Assembly: GCA_003971905.1 (NCBI GenBank)
Contig: RSEE01000059.1
Coordinates: 124,001-188,000, forward strand
DNA length: 64,000 nt
Direction: 5' to 3'
Origin: Moniliella sp. 'wahieum'
Taxonomy: Eukaryota
Of this stretch, positions 1 to 10,103 are shown in pieces. Position numbers and translations under genes: made by a program. The notes beneath the pieces are model-generated. The model saw only the letters and a list, made by a program, of their open reading frames with translations, searched no databases and was not told where the DNA came from. Position 1 is the stretch's first letter, and each line of letters begins with the position of its first letter.

Positions 1-1484
1 TTTCACTGTCGATTTTAATTTGAGGTGATTTGGAGATGTCGGGTGGGAAGTGGTCGGGGTGGAGATGGGGGTAGATGGCGTTGCCCCATTTGTACGGTTT
101 CGACCAGCGGTAGGTGAAGGTACCCAGGGATGGTTGGTATGTGGCGAAGAGCCATCCCTTTGATCCGCGCTGATGGTGGTATCCTACCAGCATACCTTCC
201 TCTGCCCGCGCGCTGAGCTTGTGCTCGCGGCGTGACTCGGGCAGATGGAGGTATGCAACGCGGCCAAAGGGTTGCATCGGTAACGAGTATGCGTGGCCTT
301 TGTATCGCTCAAATCGCGATTTGTTGTCTTCCCCGGATGTTTTGAGTGGCATTTGGTTTTGGGTGAAGCACGCAGCGTGGAGGCTGTGTTCCCACCAGTC
401 CGACGTCGGAAGACCTGTACCCAAGAGCAACTGCCTTGCACGAGTCGTTATGGTTCGGATGGCACGCTCAGCCACACCGTTGCTAGCACTCTGCCCCGGG
501 ATTGTCCGTTCTGACGTGATGCCTTGCTCGTCCAGAAAAGGTTGCAGTGCGCTTGTCAATTCGGGGGCGTTCGTCGTTGTCCGTGCGCAAAGTCCGCAGC
601 AGTCTGTCCGGGCCGTAGCGTTGCTCCCGCAATATGAGGTTCCGCAGTTCCTTCGTTGCAGCGCCCTTTGTCGGGATCGCTGTGGTGAAGACGTACCGCG
701 TGAAGTCATCAACGGCGACGAGGGCGTATCCGTGCCCCATGCCGGTTACCCGGGGGAGGTCTACTACGTCGACGTGGAGGACCTCGAAAGGTCTTTTGGA
801 TCGGAGGCGGTCCCGGCTCGGATGGGGCGATGCTGTCGCTAGTGCCACCGCGCATGTTGGGCAATCCCACTCTGAACGACAGAGGGAGATATGCTTGGCT
901 GTGACGCGGAGGCCTGCGGTTTCCGATCGTGTAAGCCAGGGGAGGAGGTCGATGGCTGCGTGGTTCCAGCGTTTGTGGGCTTTAGAGACGTGGTCCAGGG
1001 CCAGGGATGCTGCGAGGGAGTTTGGGGTTGAGGGTGGGTCGGCCGGTTTGATCGGTTTGGTCGCCATGGCCCGCAGGGGTGTGGGTGGCGTTCGCGGGTT
1101 GTGTAAGATCGTGAATTGATAGTCACTGCCGGTTACTTTTCGTAGGGTGGATCCTGGGTTACCAAGCCAGATACCCTTCTGGTGTGGGGCGAAGTATGAT
1201 GCGATTCCGGTGTTCGACAGGTGTGCTACACTGACGAGATTTCGGCTGAAACGGGGCATGTATAGGCTGTTGGGGAGTTTTATCTCCATTTGGTGTCCTC
1301 CTAAGCATCGGATACGGATTGTGGCCGTGCCTCGTCCTTCCGCCTTTACATGTGTCCCGTTAGCAACCTCTATCTCGTCGTCGCAAGGGGTCATGGATGT
1401 GAAGACGGATTTGTCTTTCCAAATGGATGGGAATGCCCCACTGTCATATAATGCCCGGATGATTCGCATTTCGCCCCCGAGTTC
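1..1484 (-). CDS. pol: copia Pol polyprotein (aspartic protease, GAG-pre-integrase, rve integrase, SH3-like region), partial
   Basis: Motifs DSGA, IEVANG..KAEGRG, LYMPRFSRNLVSV, LHVDVV, VDDFTRY and LRTDN. After a frameshift near 570 the other frame reads PELTS...SNGVAERAIRT...HKLSARAEEGMLVGY and stays open to the window edge. Confidence 0.9.
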
Positions 1485-2732
1485 CTAGTAGTCAGCTGTG
1501 CCCGCATCAACGTCAATCACTTCAGACTCGGGAGAGCTCGCTCTCTGAGCGACGTGAGCGTTGGCTCGGCCTGGGTTGCGCGGAGGGACAACAGGTTTAT
1601 TAGACGTCGCGCTGCGCCAGGGTTGGTTGGTGCGGTCTTGCCCCTTGGTCTTTGTGTCCGCGAGGTTGTCGTCGCCGGCTTTGCCCCCGCTGGAGTTTTT
1701 TCCCCCGCTGGTGGGTCGTCCCCCGCTGTCGGGTCGAGTCCAAGGCGTTCCTCCGTTGACCGGCTTGCCTCCGTTTCTCTTCCTTTCTCCACCGGGATAC
1801 GTGGCGGCTGGTATGTCCATCACGGCCTGCCGTAACTTGTCTAGACTCGAGCGCTCTTCACGCTGGCGAATGCTCATGTCGCGTAAGCCGAGTAGGATCC
1901 CAGTGCGTTCCTGCTCTTCCGTAAGTGGGATGCCCGCTCGCGTCAGGCTTGCACTGATCTCTTCCATGTAGTCGAGGTAGTCTCGACCCGATCGGTTTCC
2001 TTGGTCGGCCGAAAAGTAGCGAATGAGTAGAGGCCCTCTGTTTGCGGTAGGCGTATATCCATACCGCTGACGCAGCATGTTCAGCGTGTCCTGGGTGCAT
2101 GATATTTCGTGGTGGGTGCGGATCGTCCGGAAGAGGGTTGACGGCATGGCTTCCCTAAGAAGGTTGTGCAAGCGTCTGTCGAGGTCCTCGGTGAAGTAGC
2201 GGGAGCTGCGACCATTCTGGACGACGTCGCTTGCGTGGGGGTGGGCATCTGTTATCGCGAAGAGAAATTCGTCTTCCCAAGCGCTGTAGGCGGACGGGTC
2301 TTTGTTCAGATCAGGCCACTTGATATTCTTGGTGGGAGACTCGCGTAGTGATCTGTAAAGGTCGTACTCGGGTCGCGAGGCTGCGCCTGTAGGTGCCCCC
2401 AAAGTTGCGTTGGGTTGAGTTTCCATTTGGTGGATGTTTTGCACCACAAAATTCGTAGCCCGTCGAACCCAGTTTGTCGTGATAGACGTAGGTTCGTCCT
2501 TCCATCCAAGCCACTCGGCTCTGTCGTGTATAGCTCTGTTGATCTTCTCTTTAACGACATCGATGTCGTTCGTCTTCTTGAACCACAGGTGCGCTTCGGC
2601 GCAAAGCATCATGAGTTCCTCGTTGTCGGTGCCAATCGGTGGCGGATCGCGACCGGTTGGTGTCCAGTAATCGCGCTTGTTCACCATTGTGGTGTCGCTG
2701 ACCGAGAGATCGGTGTTAGCGTTGGCGCCCAT
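1485..2732 (-). CDS. gag: retrotransposon Gag-like protein (~415 aa, no CCHC knuckle seen)
   Basis: Long ORF between the putative LTR and pol; capsid-like segment (YSAWEDEF...LRQRYG...DYLDYMEEISASL...GIPLTEEQ..ILLGL) followed by a basic Gly-rich tail; ends in TAG at 1485-1487. Confidence 0.8.
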   Translation of the reverse strand: MGANANTDLSVSDTTMVNKRDYWTPTGRDPPPIGTDNEELMMLCAEAHLWFKKTNDIDVVKEKINRAIHDRAEWLGWKDEPTSITTNWVRRATNFVVQNIHQMETQPNATLGAPTGAASRPEYDLYRSLRESPTKNIKWPDLNKDPSAYSAWEDEFLFAITDAHPHASDVVQNGRSSRYFTEDLDRRLHNLLREAMPSTLFRTIRTHHEISCTQDTLNMLRQRYGYTPTANRGPLLIRYFSADQGNRSGRDYLDYMEEISASLTRAGIPLTEEQERTGILLGLRDMSIRQREERSSLDKLRQAVMDIPAATYPGGERKRNGGKPVNGGTPWTRPDSGGRPTSGGKNSSGGKAGDDNLADTKTKGQDRTNQPWRSATSNKPVVPPRNPGRANAHVAQRASSPESEVIDVDAGTADY

Positions 2733-2778
2733 GGTTGTGGGTGTAGTTTTGGCCAGCTCAGGGATGAGCAGATAAGGA

Positions 2779-3026
2779 TGTAACTCTGTCGGCCTCGCTA
2801 CTACCACAGAATGTGAGCACTGAACGTCGTATTGGACTAAGAAGCTTCTGCGACTGACTCGTCCAGAAGACTGGTGCGAGCTCGGAAGGAATGAAAGCTG
2901 ACTCACGTGACTCAGGGTCCGCGCGGTCCTAGGACGGATGTCAACAGTCCGGACGTTGCGATCGGGGCGAGTACAACAGGAGGTGTTGACCACCAGTGGT
3001 CTAGAGCCCATCGGCCTTCAGTGACA
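2779..3026 (-). repeat. putative 5' LTR (~248 bp)
   Basis: On the minus strand it begins TGTCAC and ends GTTACA (TG..CA termini, imperfect inverted repeat), 46 bp before the gag ATG. The second LTR is not in the window, so the boundaries are unverified. Confidence 0.45.
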
Positions 3027-3555
3027 CGTGGCCCGATGCACACAGTGCACCGGGGCAGTGAGTTCCGGCCCTTCCACGGGTTTCCACTGGCCTCCAGGCC
3101 AGGAGCCTATCAAGGCCCATAGCTCTAGCTCTCCTTAGCTCTTGAATGCCATCTCCATCCATCATCGCCAGCATCGCTAGCTAGGCCTGTGACAGGAGGG
3201 GTGGCTGGGTGGCTGGCTAAGCTCTAAGCGAACTGATCGTCCGATTGAGGACCACCAATGATGGATGATGGGTGATCGATCATCGGTCATATATTCATCA
3301 ATGATCTCGATGATCCCGGTGGGCGCCAAAAAAGTGGGCGAGCCATCGACGGGGACCAAGTCGCCGACGACGCGCGCCTGGAACCTGCGACCACTGTTCA
3401 CTTGAAGCTTCAGGCCAAGCTTGACCCTTTCTTTGCGTTGGTTTGCTTTGCTTACTTCCCGGGCTACCACCACCATCTCCCCCACAGCTCTTTCTTGGTT
3501 ATCCTTCACCTCCGCCCTCGCCTTTCACGTCCCGCTTACCGCTTACCGATTCCCC

Positions 3556-4177
3556 ATGTCCGACCTGTACTCCCTCTCGGTGCCGTGGAAGAAGAGCACG
3601 TACGACTTTGCCCAGACCAAAGGCAAGGTGGTGATCATTTTCAACTCGGCTACCAAGTGCGGCTTCACGCCGCAGCTGGATGGGCTGGAGAAACTGTACG
3701 AGGAGTTCAAAGACCAAGGACTGGAAATCGTCGGCTTCCCCAGCAACCAGTTTGGTTGGCAAAACCCGCAGGGCGACGAGGACACAGAGTCCTTCTGCAA
3801 GCTCAACTATGGCGTCACCTTCCCATGGTCAACAAGAGGTACGCTCCCCCCCACCCCTTTCTCCCTCTCCCTCTCCCTCTCCCTCTCCCTCTCCCTCCCC
3901 ACTTTCGCTCCACCTCGCATCTATAGTAGCGACGCACCGAGTGGGAGCATTCATCTGACTGTGAGCTGGCAGCGACGTGAATGGAAACGACACGAACCCC
4001 GTTTTCAAGCTGCTGAAGCACGAAAAGAAGGGTGTGCTGGGGGAACGGATCGTGTGGAACTTTACCAAGTTCCTGGTGGACCGTAAGGGCAATGTGCATG
4101 CGCGCTACGCGCCGACCACCACCCCCGAATCGATCAAGGCCGAGATTGAAAAGTTGCTGGCTGAGCCAGCCGAGTAA
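3556..4177 (+). CDS. GPX: glutathione peroxidase family, Cys-type (Hyr1/Gpx3-like)
   Basis: Motifs [37 protein letters not shown] and [12 protein letters not shown]. Intron about 3839-3972 (GTACGC..CAG); one missing C near 3824. Confidence 0.95.
3861..3896 (+). repeat. (CTCCCT)n microsatellite in the GPx intron
   Basis: About 6 direct hexamer copies. Confidence 0.9.
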
Positions 4178-4931
4178 GCATGAGCGTAAGCAGGACCCAG
4201 GACCCAGGGCCCCGCCTCGGCCCCAGTCCTCTTGCTACCGACTCGGGCACGTGTATCCCCCCGGCGCACGTTGGTGCGCCCGGACCTGCAACCCGCAATC
4301 CAAGCAGAGACCTTGGACCTCGTATTTCCTTCTTGTGCCTCCATGATGATCGATGGATTCCTCCTACCCATGTCTCCCTGTTTCCTCGCCCTTCCCTTGC
4401 CCTATGTGCCTACCCATTGCGATACCTGTATCCTAATTGCGCGCTCTGCGCTCCTTGCTCGTTCTTTCAGCTAACTGCGGCGGTACCATCACGTGTTCAC
4501 CAAGGCCCTATCTGCCCCTACCTGCCTTATTCGTACATGGAGACTGCGATAGTGAAAGGGGCGATGCGTCATGCATCTTTGGTCCAGTCTGCCATGTCAG
4601 GGCGGTAACGAGAGTAGGAGAGGTAAAACAGAAACAGGTGCGTGAGGGGGGAGCGAAGCGTTCTAGACAGGGAAGTTGGGGTTAGGAGAAGAAGGTGATG
4701 CAGGATGTACGTTGTTACACTTTGGAACCGTCTGCTCGTGCGCGGACCAAAGAAGCCTCGAGCCAGGTAGCAAGGCGATCGGGCAAGGCGACCAGGCTAC
4801 TGGCCAGGCCTTGTCGGGCGAAGATAGGGGCGATAGGCCAGCTTGGGCTTTCGTAGCGAACCGTGGCGAGGTGAAGGCGGATCCAATGGTACGCCGCATA
4901 GGGTCGCCAGGTCGGGGGAAGCTTGGGTGCG

Positions 4932-6669
4932 CTACCCATCCACCAGGGTGCAAGAGCGGAAGAGGGACCCATCCCCGTCGCTCCCACGTCCGTTGCGATC
5001 CACCCTTCTTCGTCCCCATCCAGCCCGTTCCGATGGCCGCAGAGGGACGGGGGGAGCATGGGTGCTCGTGCTGGGACACAGGCTGAGATCGGAACGGAGC
5101 GCGAGCGCCCGCGCATCCGCTACCAACCACTTGTACCACCCTATGCTGATGGGGATGGTAGATGCGTGCCAGAGGGCATGAGCATCGAGCGCCCGGCCGA
5201 GGGGCGGGAAGTCACTCCATTCCAGAACGACCGAAACGAGAAGACCGACACCAAGCCAGAACAGCTGAATGCGTCGCTGGGAAAGAGGAACAAGTTGCTG
5301 TCCCTCTGAGGCGGAAGAGGACGTGGACGTGCCCGACGCAGCGATCCAAGCGACATAGGAACCATGTGCGAGGCCGACCCGGGAGACCCGGGGGACGGAG
5401 TTCGGTCCTGCGCTTGCGTCGCACGCGCAAGCTGCAGTGACAGCTGACGCCGGTGCGTACCAGAGGGACTTGTGAGAGGGAGGGAAAAGCAGGTGGAAGA
5501 ATTGGCCTTGTGTAACTCCGAGGGATGACGAGGGAGATCGGAAACCATCTGCGAATCATGCTGCTGAAGAGGGGCATCGATGTGGAGCGACTCCATCATC
5601 AATGGGGCACTCGAGGTCGTCGTCGGGCTACGGTCCCGGCGGGCCTGCTCTCCAGGGAAAATTGAGGGCTGAGCGGCATAGAGAAGCAGGAGGGCGACTT
5701 GGACCAAAGCGAGCAGGATATTGATGGTTATATTGTAGCCGTAGTTGAACTGGCCAAAAAAGAGAAAGATGAGAATGTGGAACACGTAGGCAATCCCAAA
5801 GTAAGATCTCAGTCGGCGGAACCGCAGCTGGGATGAGGCTGGTGACGTTGATGGTAAAGCAGACACGGGGGAAGGGGGAAGGGAGGGTGTGGATGCATGA
5901 GTAGATGTGTTGGTAGAGGGTCGCGAGGAAAGACGCAACAAGCGAGCGAAAGTCAAGAAGGTGAGATGGAACAAGACCGAACTGGCTGACATGGAATCCA
6001 GTTTCTCAGTCCACCAACGAGTATGGGCATGGAAAATAACCGACCAGAAACAAGCGTGGACCGCAAGAAAGGTGTGAGGAGATAATGGTGTTTCAGGGGG
6101 AAAGTGTCTGGTGTCCGGCTCCAAAGGAGATGCATCCCCCAAAGCTGGGCTGCCAGGTTGCCCAGGCTAAACAGCACGCTGAGTGGTTCCTGCGCCGAAA
6201 AAACGCGGACAAAGACCCACCTGCCATGGTACTTGACCATCCTCCTCTGAATTTCGGGTAAGGAAGCCAGTCGAGCCGCCACCACGTCCTCCTCCCGCGC
6301 TGTTGTCCGTGTGGCCAGTGGGTCGGGACTGGTCGAAGTAAATTGGAGATGAACGAGGTGGCGGATGTGCTCTACGCGGGCCTCGGCCTGGTTGGTCAGC
6401 TGGTGGGTGCAATGGTAAGCACAGTCGTCGCGGCAGCTCCAGGGGGACAGGCGCTGAGCCCAGGAGAGCTGCTTGGGGTTGCGTTCGGGACGGCCAGTGC
6501 GGCCGTCGTCCACACCATCGGGGCCACACACGTCAGCGTAGCAGGAGGATACACAACTCTGGTACTCGGGCGCCTGGTCGCCAACGGATGCGGACAGTGG
6601 GAGCGGCGCTAAGGCTCGCCAAAAAAGAGCGGCGGCACAGAAGAATGCGGGAAAGCAACAGATGCGCAT
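4932..6669 (-). CDS. PER1: Per1/PGAP3 GPI lipid-remodelling protein (3' end uncertain, frameshifted)
   Basis: Signal peptide followed by ASVGD..EYQSCV..C, WSCRDDCAYHC, KYHGRWVFVRVF..QEPLSVLFSLGN, WSVIFH...WTEKLD, FNYGYN and DFPP..LDAHALWHAST. Confidence 0.9.
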
Positions 6670-8124
6670 TGTGCGGGGCACACGAGTGGCAGGTGGGGGT
6701 CCGTGGCTGTCGGGCCACCGCCGGGAGAGAATGTACGGGAGGGAACGGAGTGGGAGAGGATGAGCGGAGGAAGAGGAGGCCTTGCTGAAAGAGGCTGACG
6801 AAGAAGGCGAACGTTGGCGGGGGCGCAAGACAAAAAAAGGACGAGATGCAGGGGGGAGGGGTGGACGAGACGTGGGTTGAATATTGAGGCACCAAAGAGA
6901 CCCGAGACGGCGAGGCTGCCTGTGTACTGACTGAATGTCATCGAGGCTGTCACGCCAAGAGGACTGGGCGAGCGAGCTTCGCTTAGGCGGTGCGGTGGGG
7001 CTGCACCCTTGCTGGGTATGAAACTGCGTGGCCAAAAAGACATCACGCGTGCGGACGACCAGTGGGACCATCGATCATCGATCAGCCTACCCCGGATGGG
7101 CGCAGCCTGCGCACTGCCCCAGCCCCGCCGGCGCCCCCCGCCTGCTCGCTCGTGCCCACCGTCTCACATGGCCAGTCTAGCTAGCCGATACTCGTAGCCA
7201 CGCCTGCCTACGCGCTGTGGCGGATGGGTTCACGCGCGTTCACGTTGAACGCGTTGAACGGGTAAGCGCTAAGCGCAAGCGGAACCCGTGGAGGCTTGGC
7301 GTGAGGCTCACGCCGAGCACCTCTCCCAGCAGCGCACAGCTTCGCTGGAGGCTTCAAGCTTCAAGCTCCAAGCAAGGAGCTTCAAGCTTGACTTGAAGCT
7401 TCAGAGCTTCAGATGTCCCATGGCTGGCTTCAGCTTCCCCGCCTTCTCCCTGCTTCTTCCAGCGCGCTTCCCACCCCACCGCCCCACCCCTCTTCCCCGA
7501 TCTGAGATCGGCAGATCTCCACCCTTGTCCACCCCGGCCCCATCGTGCATCGAATCCCGTCCCTCCTTCGCCACCCAACAGAGCGCTCCACGCTGCTGCC
7601 CACCGCCGCCCAGTGCCACGTCACATGTGGCGCACATCGCCCCCTCACGCATCAGCACTGCCTCCGGCTCAGGAGCTGCACTGCTCCAGTCTGCTTCCGG
7701 CATCTGCAAGTTTCAATCCGAGCTTGGATCTCCGCTTAAAACTGCAAGTTTCAGATGTCACCCTTCCCTGGGGGTGCCATCCGTCACGCGTCACCCCACC
7801 CTGCGCCGCCGCCATCGCCCATCTTCTCAAACGACACACAACCAGCGTCCACCGTCCAACACGTCTCCATCTTCCCCACACTATGTATGGCCAGCCAGCA
7901 ACATGCTCCCCGCCGCACTGCTAATCTGCCAGGGCCGAGCCTTTAGCTTAGGCCTCACATAGCCTTTCTGTGCTTTGCAGGATAGACACCATGCAATAGT
8001 ACGCGCCAGCAAGCGCCTCATCCACTTCATCATCAGCTGATCGTTCAGGGTTTTCCAACTCCACCCCCATCCACCTCTCTCTGCGAACCCGTTCCGTCCG
8101 CCGCCTTCTGCCCGCCCTTGCGCA

Positions 8125-9741
8125 TCAGAACGAGGTCGCTCGTTCCCGGAAGATGCCCACCACAAGCGCAAAGCAGAGCGGAAGCTGCAGCACGGCAATC
8201 GCAAATAGGAACTGGATTCGCTTGGAGCGCTGCGCGTGGGTGATCGTCACGCTGCTCGCCGACGACGGGTCAGGCAGGACAACGTAGCGAAGCGAGCGCA
8301 GAGTGAAGAACGCATTGGCCACCGTTGCGTACAACCATACGCCCCAGTACACCCACCCGCCCGGACTCAGCAGTCCTACGAGCAGCGTCACCAGCGCGCC
8401 AACAAACTTGTACCCGCTGTACGCCACCAAGTCCACCAGTGTCGTCTCGCTCTGCACGTTGAGCAAGTAGTTGCCCAGCCACCGCCAACACTTCGGTCCC
8501 GATGATCCCCAACGCCCAGGAGGCCGCAATGCCGAGCACTTGGGTAGTAAACTGCGAGTGCACCCGCGGATCACAGCGACGAGCAGAACGTACGTGACGA
8601 ACGCCATGCCTACCACCCTACCTGTCAGTAAACCATAGAAATGTTGGGCGAGTGGGGGGGGGGGGGGGGGGCAGAAAGGCAAAAACGTACTGGGAATGTA
8701 CAGATCGGGTGAATTGACATCTTCTCGCGGGGGGGCATAGCCTTCGGACGACTTTGTCCGCCGCATCACTCATTCCTCCACCATACACCGCGGACGCACT
8801 GGTATGACGCTGCGAGCGCGACCATGGTTTGTGCCGCCAAGGGAAAAGGACCAAACGAAGCTTATGGATCACGTAGCTGTTGGAAACGTTGAAGGAACGC
8901 TTGAGCGAAGGCCAGAAAAGAACCGACTCCATTGTTGAACCTGCATCATACACCGTCTCCTGGGTCAGTAGAGTGACTAGCGATGGGGATGCTTGAACCC
9001 CGCCCCCAGGCCCTCCTGGCCTCTTCCTTCAAAACACGAGGGTGCGGTGTCGCGACGTACATTTTTCTGCATGTAGCTCCCACCCGCAGCGACAAACTGG
9101 GCGCCGATCTGCATGCCGATCTGCGCGGATGGATCCATACCTTGGATTGCGCCCGCCGGGAGACCCCAATTGGCAAACCCGCCATCCTGCCCATTCGAAG
9201 CCGAAGCAGGAGCACTCGCCGTACCGCCCGTCATATCTCCGCCCAGCGAGCCGGTCATGCCATTCATGTTGTTGCTCATTCCCATCGGCACCGATCCGTC
9301 CAAGGCGCGGTTGGATTCCACGCCGCCCATGCCCATTGAACTCATTTGACCCATTTGACCACCCAGTTGGCCCATTTGACCAGGCGTGTTGGCCATCGTA
9401 GGGTAATACCCTCCCTGCTGCACTGATCGCCAAACGAGCGGGCGGCCGAGGCAGCGGCGGTCGAGGCGCCGCCATACAAGCTGTTCTGGATGGAGGGCGA
9501 AGCATAGCGCACGTACCCACCAGTATGGGGGTGCGCACCGGACCCGGGACAGGCAGGCCAGCACCTGCCAAGCCCTCCCTGCCATGGATCCGACGCGCTG
9601 CGACGCTGTCCGACGGCGAGGTCTGGGAGCTGGTGCTAGCGGTCGGGGTAGGGGTGACGGGCAGCTCGGGCTTGCGTGGCGGGTGGGTGGGGACGGGATG
9701 GCGAAGGGGCGGGGCCCACGTGGCGCATAGGGATTGGCCAT
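8125..9741 (-). CDS. YIF1: Yif1/Hrf1 family ER-Golgi trafficking membrane protein, multi-exon
   Basis: Motifs FNVSNSYVIHKLRLVLFPWRHKPWSR, PPREDVNSPDLYIP, MAFVTYVLL, DLVAYSGYKFVG and NAFFTLRSLRYVVLP. Confidence 0.93.
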
Positions 9742-10103
9742 GCTGTGGAGTGGGCAGGGGCAGTGGTGGTACGCACGAGCGATGGGACCGAGGCTGGCGC
9801 TGGCAACTCCCACTCGCCTCGCCCGCCCGCTTCGGGGGTGGCTGGCGTGGCACCCTGGATATGCAATTGCACCAGACAACTTCGTGCTCATCACACGCTC
9901 CCACCGCCTGCGCCCCGTTCCGCCCGCTCCGCTTCCGCCCCGTGCCTTAAGTGAACATTTCATGTAGCCCCGTTGGTGGCCTGGCCCCTCTCCACAGCAC
10001 GAGCGCCATCCCCCGTGTGCTTTTGCCCCCCACCACACTATAGATGCACACACGGGTCAATTCCCTTTGACAGACGGCTTCATTTGGGATGGACCACAGC
10101 GAT

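Larger units (their letters stand above)
1..3026 (-). mobile_element. Ty1/copia LTR retrotransposon, 5' portion (putative LTR, gag, protease, integrase); RT/RNase H would lie beyond the left window edge
   Basis: Order is gag, protease (LYDSGA), HHCC zinc finger (HKRWNH...CPTC), then integrase core. Integrase directly after protease is the copia order. Confidence 0.93.

Noticed and set aside
3650..3670. Possible selenocysteine GPx
   Set aside because: The active-site codon is TGC (Cys), not TGA.
7288..7962. 224-aa ORF between PER1 and YIF1
   Set aside because: Non-ATG start, low complexity, runs through the palindromic repeat patch, no recognisable motif.
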